A stretch of DNA of 64,000 nucleotides, from the NCBI GenBank assembly GCA_947629745.1, contig CANREZ010000001.1, positions 125,181 through 189,180 of the forward strand, given 5' to 3'. Below the pieces are notes generated by a model. That model saw only the letters and a program-made list of their open reading frames with translations, searched no databases and was not told where the DNA came from. The stretch's first letter is position 1. Each line of letters begins with the position of its first letter. Below, piece after piece: positions 29,966-39,001 of the stretch. This DNA is from an uncultured Clostridia bacterium. Lineage in GTDB: Bacteria; Bacillota; Clostridia; Christensenellales; UBA1242. A program made the position numbers and the translations under genes.

Positions 29966-30000
29966 TAAAAATAGGCCACAGTATTTGTGGCCTATTTTTA
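29966..30000. other. Strong terminator-like hairpin in a divergent intergenic region
   Basis: ATAGGCCACA/TGTGGCCTAT 10-bp stem flanked by AAAA and TTTT. It lies between the tRNA-Pro 5' end and the MFS gene start. Confidence 0.5.
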
Positions 30001-30111
30001 ATAAACGGTGACAAATAGGGGATAAATATATTACACCATATATTCGTCCATAATATGTATAAAAAATTGACAAAAAAGAGTGCATTTGCTAAATTGTTTA
30101 TGTGAGGCAAT

Positions 30112-31422
30112 ATGGAATATACTTATGATATAAATACTAGTAAGAAAGATAACCGTGCCAATGTGTGTATATTCATCTGTCACTTCTTTTATGCAGTGAT
30201 TGACCTATTCATATCCACATTCCTTGTGGCGCATATCAAGGATCTCACGACTAGTGTAGGTGAATACATCAGGTATATCGCGATATATTACATGATAACA
30301 CTTACCGTGCAACTAGTGGCGTACCCTATAATCTCAAGGATCGTGGATAGGACAAATCGTGTGTGGATGTACAGGATTGGTTGCTTGATGCTCGCAGTTG
30401 TTGTCACTTTGTCTATGTTTAGTGACAAAAACACCTTAGTTATGCTCATTATTCTGGGTTCATGCTATGGTGTGGCAGATACGGCATATTATGCTAGTTA
30501 CAATACTATGAAGCAAGAGATGGTCAGTCGCAAGTCGATTGAGAAATTCTCCTATTATATGACGATTATATCTAAATGCATCGATGTGGTAGTGCCACTA
30601 ACACTCGGCTCTATCATTCAGTCATCGTCCTTTGTCGTGGGAAGTATAGTTGTCGCAATAATTGCTGCTATCCAAGTGGGTGTGTCATTTGGCGTATCAG
30701 CCAAGCATCCAAAGGGTAGCAAATTTAATATGCGGGGATTCATTAGGAAAGTGCGATCACGTCCGGCATTAAAGAAGAAACTGGACTTCCTGTATGCAAT
30801 ATTTGCGGGCTATGGATTCCTACTATTCTTTAGCATATGCATGAATGTATTCACTATGCTGCATATGGACTCCAACTTATCCCTTGGAATAATTAAGAGC
30901 TCGTGTAGTGTGATAGCAATATTATTTACTGTCATGTCACTCAGTCTTGGCAAGATCGGCAAGCGCACTCCGTCGTATATAATTTGTGCAATACTTCCAG
31001 TGATTGCCGGAGTAATATACGCTATCAACCCATGTGAATGGACTATAATATTCTTCACACTTGCATTCCTTATTAGTTACATCGAGTGTAAGACCACTCT
31101 TGATTACTTTAGAAATACACTGCTAAAGGAAGCAGGTCTATACAGTGAGATTACCGAGCACCAGACACTAATTGAGATGTTACTTGCTACAGTCAGATTA
31201 TTTACATTTGCACTGCTACTTGCTATGTCATTCGTAGGCAGTGAGCTTGGAGTCAATATCCTTGCTTGCATCTTCACTCTAGCATTCCCATTCATCTATA
31301 TTATGCTCATCATCTTTGAGAAGAAGATACTCCCTATTGGCACAGATGCTGATATCGCGGGAAGTAATGATGCAAGTGATGTGCAAACTAGCGAAGACAA
31401 GGGAAACCTCAAAAACAACTAA
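30112..31422 (+). CDS. MFS-type transporter
   Basis: 436 aa with about 12 TM helices and a central cytoplasmic loop. Preceded by TTGACA-17 nt-TAAATT and a GAGG RBS. Confidence 0.6.
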   Translation: MEYTYDINTSKKDNRANVCIFICHFFYAVIDLFISTFLVAHIKDLTTSVGEYIRYIAIYYMITLTVQLVAYPIISRIVDRTNRVWMYRIGCLMLAVVVTLSMFSDKNTLVMLIILGSCYGVADTAYYASYNTMKQEMVSRKSIEKFSYYMTIISKCIDVVVPLTLGSIIQSSSFVVGSIVVAIIAAIQVGVSFGVSAKHPKGSKFNMRGFIRKVRSRPALKKKLDFLYAIFAGYGFLLFFSICMNVFTMLHMDSNLSLGIIKSSCSVIAILFTVMSLSLGKIGKRTPSYIICAILPVIAGVIYAINPCEWTIIFFTLAFLISYIECKTTLDYFRNTLLKEAGLYSEITEHQTLIEMLLATVRLFTFALLLAMSFVGSELGVNILACIFTLAFPFIYIMLIIFEKKILPIGTDADIAGSNDASDVQTSEDKGNLKNN

Positions 31423-31545
31423 CTATAAAATTAGTAGAGTTGCTAACAAATAGCGAGTAACAAAATAATTATTTGTTAGAAAGTAGCAAAAAGACCAATT
31501 GTACTAATTCAATTAGTAGCAATATTGATAGTTTAATATTTGTGA

Positions 31546-31581
31546 TAAAAAAATGCATTGTTTCGCACAATGCATTTTTTA
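31546..31581. terminator. Bidirectional terminator
   Basis: AATGCATTG/CAATGCATT stem flanked by an A-run and a T-run. Confidence 0.8.
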
Positions 31582-31588
31582 AACTTAT

Positions 31589-32416
31589 TTAGTGAGTGGA
31601 GACGAATATGAATCCGAATGCGTTTGGTCCCCAGTGGCACGCGATAGCAGGGTCTAGGTTGTCATAAATGGTCATTACCTGCTTGTATTTCTCATCACAC
31701 ATATTCACTAGTGCATCGAGATTGCTTTGATTGTATGAGTATGATGCGATGATAGGATAACTTGTGTCACAATCAAGCTCAGATAATTGCTTTGAGATAT
31801 ATTGCATGCTGCCGCGAAGACCTAGCTTCTTTGCAATCACCTTCACTTCGCCATTAACGAATCCTATAACCGGCTTGATATGAAGTGTGTCGCCGAGAAT
31901 TTTTTCGAACCTATTTAGTCTGCCGCCACGATATAGATACTCTAGTGTCTCAGGGATAGCCATGATGTGAATCTTCGACCTTAGCTCTTCCAATTTCCCA
32001 AGGACAAAATCTATATCCTTGTCGCGATATTTATTCGCTTCCATCACAAGATATCTTATAGCACCAACTGCTCCCATGGAGTCAAATACGTGGACTTTTT
32101 CGTTCTCCTTGAACATATTTGAGATGGTGTTGAACGTGCCAGAAATTTTTGACGAAATGGTGATGAGCAACACTTCGTCACCTGCTTTTGTGTAACCCTC
32201 GACTAACTTTTGCACGGATTCAAGCTCGGGTAGGGCAGTCTTTGGGAATAACTTCTCATCGATTAGTTTGTGGTAAAATTCTTCATTTGAGATCTCTATC
32301 TCATCAGCGTAATCTTTGTCTTCAAATATGACGCGAAGAGGCAGGATATCCACATTGTACTCAGATTTTTCCGCCTGCTTGATACTGCTGCCGGAATCAA
32401 CAATTATTCTTAACAT
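31589..32416 (-). CDS. DegV family fatty-acid-binding protein
   Basis: 275 aa. The N-terminus (IIVDSGSSI ... VDILPLRV) and the length fit DegV. AGGAGA RBS. Confidence 0.85.
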   Translation of the reverse strand: MLRIIVDSGSSIKQAEKSEYNVDILPLRVIFEDKDYADEIEISNEEFYHKLIDEKLFPKTALPELESVQKLVEGYTKAGDEVLLITISSKISGTFNTISNMFKENEKVHVFDSMGAVGAIRYLVMEANKYRDKDIDFVLGKLEELRSKIHIMAIPETLEYLYRGGRLNRFEKILGDTLHIKPVIGFVNGEVKVIAKKLGLRGSMQYISKQLSELDCDTSYPIIASYSYNQSNLDALVNMCDEKYKQVMTIYDNLDPAIACHWGPNAFGFIFVSTH

Positions 32417-32579
32417 ATTATCTCCTATATATACTATCTATGAAAGCAATTTCTCAAATATTCTCCCGAATATATGCGAAATTTTTGTATTTTAATCATC
32501 TTATCTTAAGGAACATTGTAGCACAATCTATTTCTTTTGCCAAGGGAATATAATAGTATAAAGTGCAACTCGTGCGAAT

Positions 32580-33251
32580 TTAGTCATTTTTTAGGAAATG
32601 GTTAAATGCGAGTAACCACACATTGCTTGTTATATCCTCAGGCTTAGTGTAGGATGTGATAACACTTGCGTCGTGCTTGGTAAAGGCTATTACATCAAAT
32701 AGTTTGTAATAATCTGTAGTCGGCATGACTAGATTGTGTGCCACGTCTATCACCTCTCCTGCACTCTCTATCCAGGTGTGAAGGTGGCCTACACTATGGC
32801 GTTCCCACTGAGATATATCTATCACTCCTGTTACAATAAGATATGTGGAGTGAGGACATTTGCGGCAAACATCTATCACTTGGTCTGCACTATCTCCTCT
32901 AGAATTCTTGCTAGCACGGACGAGGTTTGCTGGTCCTTGTTCGTCAAGCCTTGCATATTCGAAATGCCCCACTATAGGGTTGCTAAATTCTTCGCTCTCT
33001 TCACTATTTAGATAGATGCCGTCGCCGTGTTTGTGTTCATTGTATTTTTGCAGCTCATGGTAGACATCTAGCCTGTCACTTCCTGCCATGCATTCCTTGA
33101 TAACAAGGCCTGCAATCACACCTTTTGGCTCACGCTTTCGGGGTTTGCCCATATACGTATCTGTGTCAGACGATGCTTCGTCGCGGATACGCTTTTCTAC
33201 GAATCTCTTTGCCTCAGATATGTTTAGATTCAAAATGTCCAATTCTTCCAT
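32580..33251 (-). CDS. Hypothetical protein (possible papain/transglutaminase-like Cys-His fold)
   Basis: 223-aa ORF. CRKCPHS ... GHLHTWIESAGEVIDVAHN hints at a Cys/His/Asp hydrolase, but this is weak. It has a leaderless-type promoter. Confidence 0.55.
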   Translation of the reverse strand: MEELDILNLNISEAKRFVEKRIRDEASSDTDTYMGKPRKREPKGVIAGLVIKECMAGSDRLDVYHELQKYNEHKHGDGIYLNSEESEEFSNPIVGHFEYARLDEQGPANLVRASKNSRGDSADQVIDVCRKCPHSTYLIVTGVIDISQWERHSVGHLHTWIESAGEVIDVAHNLVMPTTDYYKLFDVIAFTKHDASVITSYTKPEDITSNVWLLAFNHFLKND

Positions 33252-33257
33252 ATTCTA

Positions 33258-33286
33258 ATTATACTTTTAGTAGAGAGTTTTGTCAA
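33258..33286 (-). promoter_or_regulatory. Perfect consensus sigma-A promoter positioned for a leaderless mRNA
   Basis: On the minus strand: TTGACA-17 nt-TATAAT-tagaat-ATG (start codon 33249-33251). No SD. Confidence 0.65.
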
Positions 33287-33348
33287 AGTGTAACTAGAAG
33301 TAATTCTAATTTAGGTGGGATAGAGCATATCATATTGTGAGGTGGAAT

Positions 33349-33633
33349 ATGGAAAATGTAATTCGCGTGACAAACAATCAACCGACAGGTACTCACCGTG
33401 TGGTGATAGACTCTAGAGAAAAGGTGACTATGACTGGGGTAGAAAAGGTGGATAGTGCCTCGGATAGTCAAGTAAATCTCCATGCTGCAAAGACCAAGGT
33501 GACAATATTAGGCTCGGGTCTATTAGTGAATAAATTTGACGTGGAGAGTGGCAACCTAGAGGTAGTGGGGAAAATAAATGGAGTACGCTATAACGAACCA
33601 GCCAAAGGATTACTAAAAAGGTTAGTTAAGTAA
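33349..33633 (+). CDS. yabP: Sporulation protein YabP
   Basis: About 94 aa. The YabP-like core reads HRVVIDSREKVTMTGVEKVDSASDSQVNLH ... LEVVGKINGVRY. Start set at ATG 33349 (GAGGTGG RBS). Confidence 0.75.
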   Translation: MENVIRVTNNQPTGTHRVVIDSREKVTMTGVEKVDSASDSQVNLHAAKTKVTILGSGLLVNKFDVESGNLEVVGKINGVRYNEPAKGLLKRLVK

Positions 33634-34001
33634 TGTATTTTAATACGCTATCTCAAGGGTACATTGCACTCATTCTTGCCACTATTGGATTCTTGTGTGG
33701 AATAATCTACAATTTGTCCCGCGCAACGACCATGATATTTGGTGGAAGTGCAGTAATTAGATTTATACTAGACTTCCTAGCAACGCTCATATCATTTGGA
33801 GTATTGTACTTATCTATCAATATCCTATATTTCGGGTGGATTCGACCATATATGCTAGCAGCATTTTTCCTTGGAATGTATTTTGAGCTAATCACTGTGG
33901 GAAAATTATTTGCCAATACATTCAAAATGCTATATAATAAAATAGCAAAGTTGTGGGGCAAATTTTTGAACACACGCTTTGGCAAAAGGCTAGCGAAGTA
34001 G
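33633..34001 (+). CDS. yabQ: Spore cortex biosynthesis membrane protein YabQ
   Basis: 122-aa multi-TM protein. Assignment rests on its position after yabP and a TAATG overlap with it. Confidence 0.6.
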   Translation: MYFNTLSQGYIALILATIGFLCGIIYNLSRATTMIFGGSAVIRFILDFLATLISFGVLYLSINILYFGWIRPYMLAAFFLGMYFELITVGKLFANTFKMLYNKIAKLWGKFLNTRFGKRLAK

Positions 34002-34192
34002 TGGATAACAACAAAAAATGGACTTTAATCTCACTGATAGTATCGGGCGTCATCATGGTGACACTGATTGTTGTCATGTGCTTCCAGTTCGTGAAGATAA
34101 ATGATTACAAGTCGAGACTACAAGATTTGGAGCGCCAATTGGACGAAATTAGTGAAAAATTGGATGATTCTACTTCGGGGAATAACCACTAG
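34001..34192 (+). CDS. divIC: Septum formation initiator (DivIC/FtsB family)
   Basis: A single TM helix followed by a coiled coil (LQDLERQLDEISEKL), in the yabP-yabQ-divIC synteny. GTG 34001 overlaps the yabQ stop (TAGTG). The track start at 33953 is in the same frame. Confidence 0.55.
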   Translation: MDNNKKWTLISLIVSGVIMVTLIVVMCFQFVKINDYKSRLQDLERQLDEISEKLDDSTSGNNH

Positions 34193-34226
34193 AATACTCT
34201 AGCCAGCAAAATATCGCTAAAATGTA

Positions 34227-34255
34227 TTGACAAATTGTCGTAATTAAAATAAAAT
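34227..34255 (+). promoter_or_regulatory. Sigma-A promoter for the tRNA-fMet/tRNA-Met pair
   Basis: TTGACA-17 nt-TAAAAT, 28 nt upstream of tRNA-fMet. Confidence 0.65.
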
Positions 34256-34283
34256 AAAAGGGCAATTAAGCAAAACATTTCGT

Positions 34284-34360
34284 CGCGGGGTGGAGCAGCT
34301 CGGCAGCTCGTTGGGCTCATAACCCAAAGGTCGTAGGTTCGAATCCTACCCCCGCAACCA
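34284..34360 (+). tRNA. Initiator tRNA-fMet (anticodon CAT)
   Basis: C1-A72 mismatch, three G-C pairs closing the anticodon stem (TTGGG-CTCATAA-CCCAA), encoded CCA. Confidence 0.9.
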
Positions 34361-34368
34361 TTTATTTT

Positions 34369-34445
34369 GGCGGTATAGCTTAGCTGGTTAGAGCGTCCGG
34401 TTCATACCCGGAAGATCATAAGTTCGATTCTTATTACCGCTACCA
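34369..34445 (+). tRNA. Elongator tRNA-Met (anticodon CAT)
   Basis: GGCGGTA acceptor and anticodon loop TTCATAC as in Bacillus elongator Met. Not Ile2-like. CCA is encoded. Confidence 0.8.
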
Positions 34446-34997
34446 CGTCGGAACAAACGCTTGTTTAAGCGATTGTTCCATTTTTTTTCACAAAACATGG
34501 AACAATCTTCCAGGTTTCGCGTTTGTTCCTCCTCTTCCCCACAAAAGGCCGCAAGCTATTTTTGTGGGGGCCCCGTTTATGAACGCGCTCGTCTATGCGC
34601 TCAGCTAACTTCCAGGTTTCGCGCGGCTTCGCCTCTTTTCCAGCAAAAGGCCGCGTTCCGCTATTTTTGCTGGAGTTTTTAGTAGGTCGAGAAGTAGGTT
34701 TTTTATAAGGATAAATTAAGTATTTAGCAGGTTATGCGTTCGTCACAAAAAGCTGTAAGCTACTTTTGTGGAGATAAGAAAGTATTTATAAAATTGCAAA
34801 AAAAGAAGACATAGAAAGTATGTCTCATCTTTTTTCATATTTCTCACTATAAGGCGCCCCGTAGTAGGGGGAGCTGGATGCGTTAGCAGACTGAGGGGAT
34901 TGAGCAGACTATTGTGCAAATCTTATGTGCCAACTTCTGTCCCACTAAATAGTTAAATAAGTACACCTAATTTACATTTAGTGCAGTGGCGTGCCAC
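34446..34997 (+). repeat. GC-rich hairpin-mosaic element, long copy (element 3), fused to the 3' end of tRNA-Met
   Basis: It begins at the base after CCA with a terminator hairpin (34450-34488). It contains CAAAA/TTTTG-stem hairpins (34537-34569, 34640-34673, 34744-34770) and the 52-nt motif (34853-34904). It ends at GTGGCGTGCCAC (34986-34997). Confidence 0.8.
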
Positions 34998-35023
34998 AAA
35001 AAAAGGTCTCATATTGAGACCTT
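34998..35023 (-). terminator. Rho-independent terminator of tRNA-Val(GAC)
   Basis: AAGGTCTC/GAGACCTT stem with a T-run on the minus strand. Confidence 0.8.
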
Positions 35024-35031
35024 ATTTCTTA

Positions 35032-35107
35032 TGGTACGCGATATAGGACTCGAACCTATGACATCCTCCACGTCAAGAAGGCACTCTACCAACTGAGTTA
35101 ATCGCGC
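35032..35107 (-). tRNA. tRNA-Val (anticodon GAC)
   Basis: GCGCGAT acceptor, anticodon stem-loop CCTTC-TTGACGT-GGAGG, T-loop TTCGAGT, encoded CCA. Confidence 0.85.
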
Positions 35108-35170
35108 ATATGCTATATAATATATATAACATATATAGCTTTTTGTCAATTATTTTTTGTTAATTGCTAT

Positions 35171-35908
35171 CTATTCATTTTCCTTTGCGCTAAGATATTT
35201 GTCTAGCATATCTTTGATAGTACTATTCTTTTCTAGTTGTTCCTTAATAAAACGTTTCACCGAGTTTAGTTTCTTGATATTTGTTGACTCTATATCTTGA
35301 TACAGGCTACGGTTATTCAGATACGGAGTAGTTATCTGCTTGATAAATACATAAGGGAAATTTTCCATATAATATTGCAGGAAATTGTAGTAAGGATTGT
35401 TTATTGGCGCATTGTCGGAATTTGGCTTGTCATTTTCAGATATTTCTATTTTGCCCACACTCCTAATATTGGCTAGCATATAATCTATGTGATGCTGGAT
35501 GATATTCTTGCCATAGACATCTTCCTGCACAGCGCAAGCAGGGTACAATTTGACTAAGCTACTCACTACTTCTATATATCCTTTTGTCGCAGCGATCATA
35601 GCAATATTCATGCCATCGGAATTCTCATATTTCATGATCTTTGAAATAGACTTATTCATATTGATGAAAGAATCCCACTTATTTGGGTTGGCACTAAGGC
35701 CACTGTAAAAGTCTGTGACCTTATCTAACATCTTATCTATATCTTCCTGGGAGAGGTCAAGTTTCTTTGGATTGCGCAATTTCTTGACAAGTGCAGTATA
35801 TGAGGCCATATTGCCACCTGCTATCTCATCAAGCATAGTATTAAATGAACTCTTTACGGAAGATTTTTTGTGTAAAAGCATGTCTATCAGCTCGGCTAAT
35901 TTCCCCAT
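35171..35908 (-). CDS. Hypothetical protein with one ankyrin-like repeat
   Basis: 245 aa. DGMNIAMIAATKGYIEVVSSLVK resembles an ANK repeat. AAGGAG RBS. Confidence 0.55.
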   Translation of the reverse strand: MGKLAELIDMLLHKKSSVKSSFNTMLDEIAGGNMASYTALVKKLRNPKKLDLSQEDIDKMLDKVTDFYSGLSANPNKWDSFINMNKSISKIMKYENSDGMNIAMIAATKGYIEVVSSLVKLYPACAVQEDVYGKNIIQHHIDYMLANIRSVGKIEISENDKPNSDNAPINNPYYNFLQYYMENFPYVFIKQITTPYLNNRSLYQDIESTNIKKLNSVKRFIKEQLEKNSTIKDMLDKYLSAKENE

Positions 35909-36042
35909 AAATGCACTCCTTATGACTTATTATAGCACACGGAAAATGCTATTGCAATACCAAAAGGCGGATAAAATTTGTGATAAAAAATTTTGACTAA
36001 AATGTATTTCCATACTATCCTATAATAAACAAGGAGGCAGTT

Positions 36043-36543
36043 ATGTCAAAGATTGTAGTTTATTTCTCCCACGCAGGAGAGAATTATTTTAATGGAGGAT
36101 ACAAGAAGCTTGACCGTGGCAACGCTAGTGTCATTGCGGAAAAACTAGCAAATATGCTAGGATGTGAAACATTTGAGATTGTGCCAAAGATCGCTTATCC
36201 TAATACTTACAAGGCAGCGTGCGATGCAGCGCTAAAGGAGAAGAAGGAGGGAATATTGCCACCATATGAGGGGTATATCGATGTATCCGGATACAGTGAT
36301 GTCTATCTAGTGTATCCATGCTGGTGGGGAACTTGCCCACAAGTGGTATTCAAATTTTTGAAGGACCAGCGCTTTAATTCTAGCACCACTATTCACCCTA
36401 TCTGCACTCATGAGGGCAGTGAGATGGGAACAAGTGAGCGTGATCTAGCAAAGGATGTAAGTCCAGCACGCGTCGGACCTGGTCTTGCAATACGCGGCAG
36501 TGACCGAGACAATTGCGATGGCGCACTATCCTCTTGGATATAA
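36043..36543 (+). CDS. Flavodoxin-like protein (Flavodoxin_4 type)
   Basis: 166 aa. N-terminus KIVVYFSHAGENY and the YPCWWGTCP segment. AAGGAGG RBS. Confidence 0.7.
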   Translation: MSKIVVYFSHAGENYFNGGYKKLDRGNASVIAEKLANMLGCETFEIVPKIAYPNTYKAACDAALKEKKEGILPPYEGYIDVSGYSDVYLVYPCWWGTCPQVVFKFLKDQRFNSSTTIHPICTHEGSEMGTSERDLAKDVSPARVGPGLAIRGSDRDNCDGALSSWI

Positions 36544-36606
36544 TTACCATTACTATTTAGAATAATGACACCCCTTTTGCTTATACTAAGACCAAAGGGG
36601 GATAAT

Positions 36607-37038
36607 ATGGAAGTAAAACAAAAGAATATACTGCAAAATATACTATATTACTCGCTAATCGCAGTCATTGTAGCTCTATCAGTATTTTATATGATAGCCT
36701 TAGCCCCAAATGACGTGATGATGTATGCAAAAGTAGTGTACTATATTTGGATCGCAGGCCTGCTACTAGTACTAATGCTAGATATACTCGCTACTATCAT
36801 GTGTAGAGGAAAATTTTGTACCGGATTATTATTCTTTGCACTTACTTGTGCCTGCATAGTCATGGCGATCATAGTCTACTGTGATCTCATAGTGGGTGGG
36901 GTACTGCCTGAGGCTAGTATGTATCTATTCACTAGACTTGTAATATTCTCGGGTGTAATAGATGTGCTATCCGTCATATGTTATACGACCGGCGAATTCA
37001 TCTGCGGTCTAAATTCTTCGGCACAGAAGAGGAAATAA
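36607..37038 (+). CDS. Hypothetical four-helix membrane protein
   Basis: Start moved to ATG 36607 (AAGGGGGA RBS). The protein is hydrophobic throughout. Confidence 0.55.
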   Translation: MEVKQKNILQNILYYSLIAVIVALSVFYMIALAPNDVMMYAKVVYYIWIAGLLLVLMLDILATIMCRGKFCTGLLFFALTCACIVMAIIVYCDLIVGGVLPEASMYLFTRLVIFSGVIDVLSVICYTTGEFICGLNSSAQKRK

Positions 37039-37044
37039 TTATAG

Positions 37045-37070
37045 TGAGGCAAATAGTTGCCTCATTTTTT
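37045..37070 (+). terminator. Rho-independent terminator
   Basis: TGAGGCA/TGCCTCA stem followed by TTTTTT. Confidence 0.8.
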
Positions 37071-37127
37071 ATGTCACACAAAATACCCAGACTTAATATT
37101 TAATATTATATAGATTGGGGGTAATAT

Positions 37128-38858
37128 ATGTGTGGCATTGCAGGATATATAGGGGATAGTCCTTGTGAGGAAATACTTTTGCAGGACCTATACAAATTGG
37201 AGTATAGGGGATATGACTCGTGTGGCATGGCACTACTATGTAATAAGAAAATTGAGACTATAAAAGCCGTGGGCGATATATCCCACTTATCGTCTCAAAT
37301 AGGTGGCCATGATGCAAGGATAGGCATTGCACACACTAGGTGGGCCACTCACGGCAAGTGTGATATATGCAATTGCCATCCGCACCTATCCATGAATGGC
37401 AAGTGGGCCGTAGTGCACAATGGCATTATTGAGAATTTTAAAGAGATAAAAAATACACTGCTATCCAAAGGTTATACTTTTCATTCCGAGACCGATAGTG
37501 AGGTGATAGCAAATTCCATACAGTATCACGACAAGACCACACCAATTCAGGCTATCATCCGTGCGGTGAGACATATGCGTGGGTCATTTGCCCTTGCTAT
37601 ATTGAATGCAGATAATAACAAAATATATGCGGCTAAGCGCACAAGTCCGCTCTATGTGGCACATGACGGCAAATGCGGTTATGTGACAAGTGATGTTGCG
37701 ACATTTATCGGCAAAGTGGCGAAATACTATCGGATGGAGGATAACGAATTTGCCATCATTGACACGCAGTCTGTGACGTTCTTTAATTCCTCGGGGCAGA
37801 AGATAACTAAGGAACTATACTCAATTGGCACTGAGATGGAATTGTCTTCCAAGGGCGAGTATCCATATTATATGTTAAAGGAGATTCACGATATCCCAAA
37901 AGCGTTAAAGAATACTTATAGCCACATCAAGTATAGCCTAGATAGAACACAATTGTTGAAGTTATTAAAGGGCAAGAAAAATATTGTATTCATCGGTTGC
38001 GGCACGGCTTATCACGCGGGATTGCACGGGGCGTACTATTTCGAGGAAATTGGTTACCACACCGAGAGTTTCTACGCAAGTGAATTTTATTATAGGAAGC
38101 CGCGCATCGACCGCACAAGTGTATATATTTTAGTCAGTCAGAGTGGGGAGACAGCCGACACTTTCGCGTGTGCCAAGTATATCAGGGAACACAAGGGCAA
38201 GATTATTGCTATAACCAATGTGCCATATTGCGCGCTAAATAACTTGGCGGATATGGTGGTGGGAACGACTGCGGGCAAGGAATATGCCGTGGCTTCCACC
38301 AAGGCCTACAACTGCCAAGTAATAGCCATGTTAACCCTTGCGGTGATTGTAAAAGACATACCAGTCGACTACGATAGATATATAGATAGACTGCAATTCG
38401 ACTACGACCTGCCGGATATCACGGGATATAAGAAAATATTCTTTATAGGCAGGCTTGCAGATTATATCACCTGCATGGAAGGAGCATTAAAACTAAAGGA
38501 AATCACTTATATCAATTGTTCCAGTATCCCTGCAGGGGAGCTAAAACATGGGACACTCTCACTAATTGATGATGACACACTGACAATTGCAGTGTGCACA
38601 AATAGTGATATTTTCGATAAACTGAGGAATAACATTAGCGAGATTCGTTCACGTGGAGGCCATGTGATACTAATCACTACACTAGATGATGTCGACTGCG
38701 ATGTGGATAGCATAATCCGTGTGGCTCGCACGTCAAATGAGTTTGACCAAATATCCATCATCATCCCACTCCAATTACTTGCATACAAGACTTGTATAAC
38801 TCTTGGCCATGACCCCGACAAACCGAGAAACCTCGCAAAATCCGTGACTGTGGAGTAG
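37128..38858 (+). CDS. glmS: Glutamine--fructose-6-phosphate aminotransferase
   Basis: 576 aa. MCGIAGYIG Ntn-amidotransferase start, two SIS domains, C-terminus KPRNLAKSVTVE. Confidence 0.95.
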   Translation: MCGIAGYIGDSPCEEILLQDLYKLEYRGYDSCGMALLCNKKIETIKAVGDISHLSSQIGGHDARIGIAHTRWATHGKCDICNCHPHLSMNGKWAVVHNGIIENFKEIKNTLLSKGYTFHSETDSEVIANSIQYHDKTTPIQAIIRAVRHMRGSFALAILNADNNKIYAAKRTSPLYVAHDGKCGYVTSDVATFIGKVAKYYRMEDNEFAIIDTQSVTFFNSSGQKITKELYSIGTEMELSSKGEYPYYMLKEIHDIPKALKNTYSHIKYSLDRTQLLKLLKGKKNIVFIGCGTAYHAGLHGAYYFEEIGYHTESFYASEFYYRKPRIDRTSVYILVSQSGETADTFACAKYIREHKGKIIAITNVPYCALNNLADMVVGTTAGKEYAVASTKAYNCQVIAMLTLAVIVKDIPVDYDRYIDRLQFDYDLPDITGYKKIFFIGRLADYITCMEGALKLKEITYINCSSIPAGELKHGTLSLIDDDTLTIAVCTNSDIFDKLRNNISEIRSRGGHVILITTLDDVDCDVDSIIRVARTSNEFDQISIIIPLQLLAYKTCITLGHDPDKPRNLAKSVTVE

Positions 38859-38872
38859 CAATGAAATTAATT

Positions 38873-38903
38873 AGGATTGTAAATATAGTTGCAATCCTTT
38901 TTT
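38873..38903 (+). terminator. Rho-independent terminator after glmS
   Basis: AGGATTG/CAATCCT stem followed by TTTTTT. Confidence 0.65.
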
Positions 38904-39001
38904 AGTTATTTTTGCTGAATATATGGGGATGAATTTTCAAATTACATATTGACAATGCGGCAGGAGGCGGTATAATTATATTAAGGGATTGGGGGTAAAT
39001 T

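Noticed and set aside
37039-37127. Looked for a glmS ribozyme upstream of glmS
   Set aside because: Only about 90 nt separate the upstream gene from glmS, and a terminator fills much of that gap. That leaves far too little room for the ribozyme of about 170 nt, and none of its conserved core is visible.
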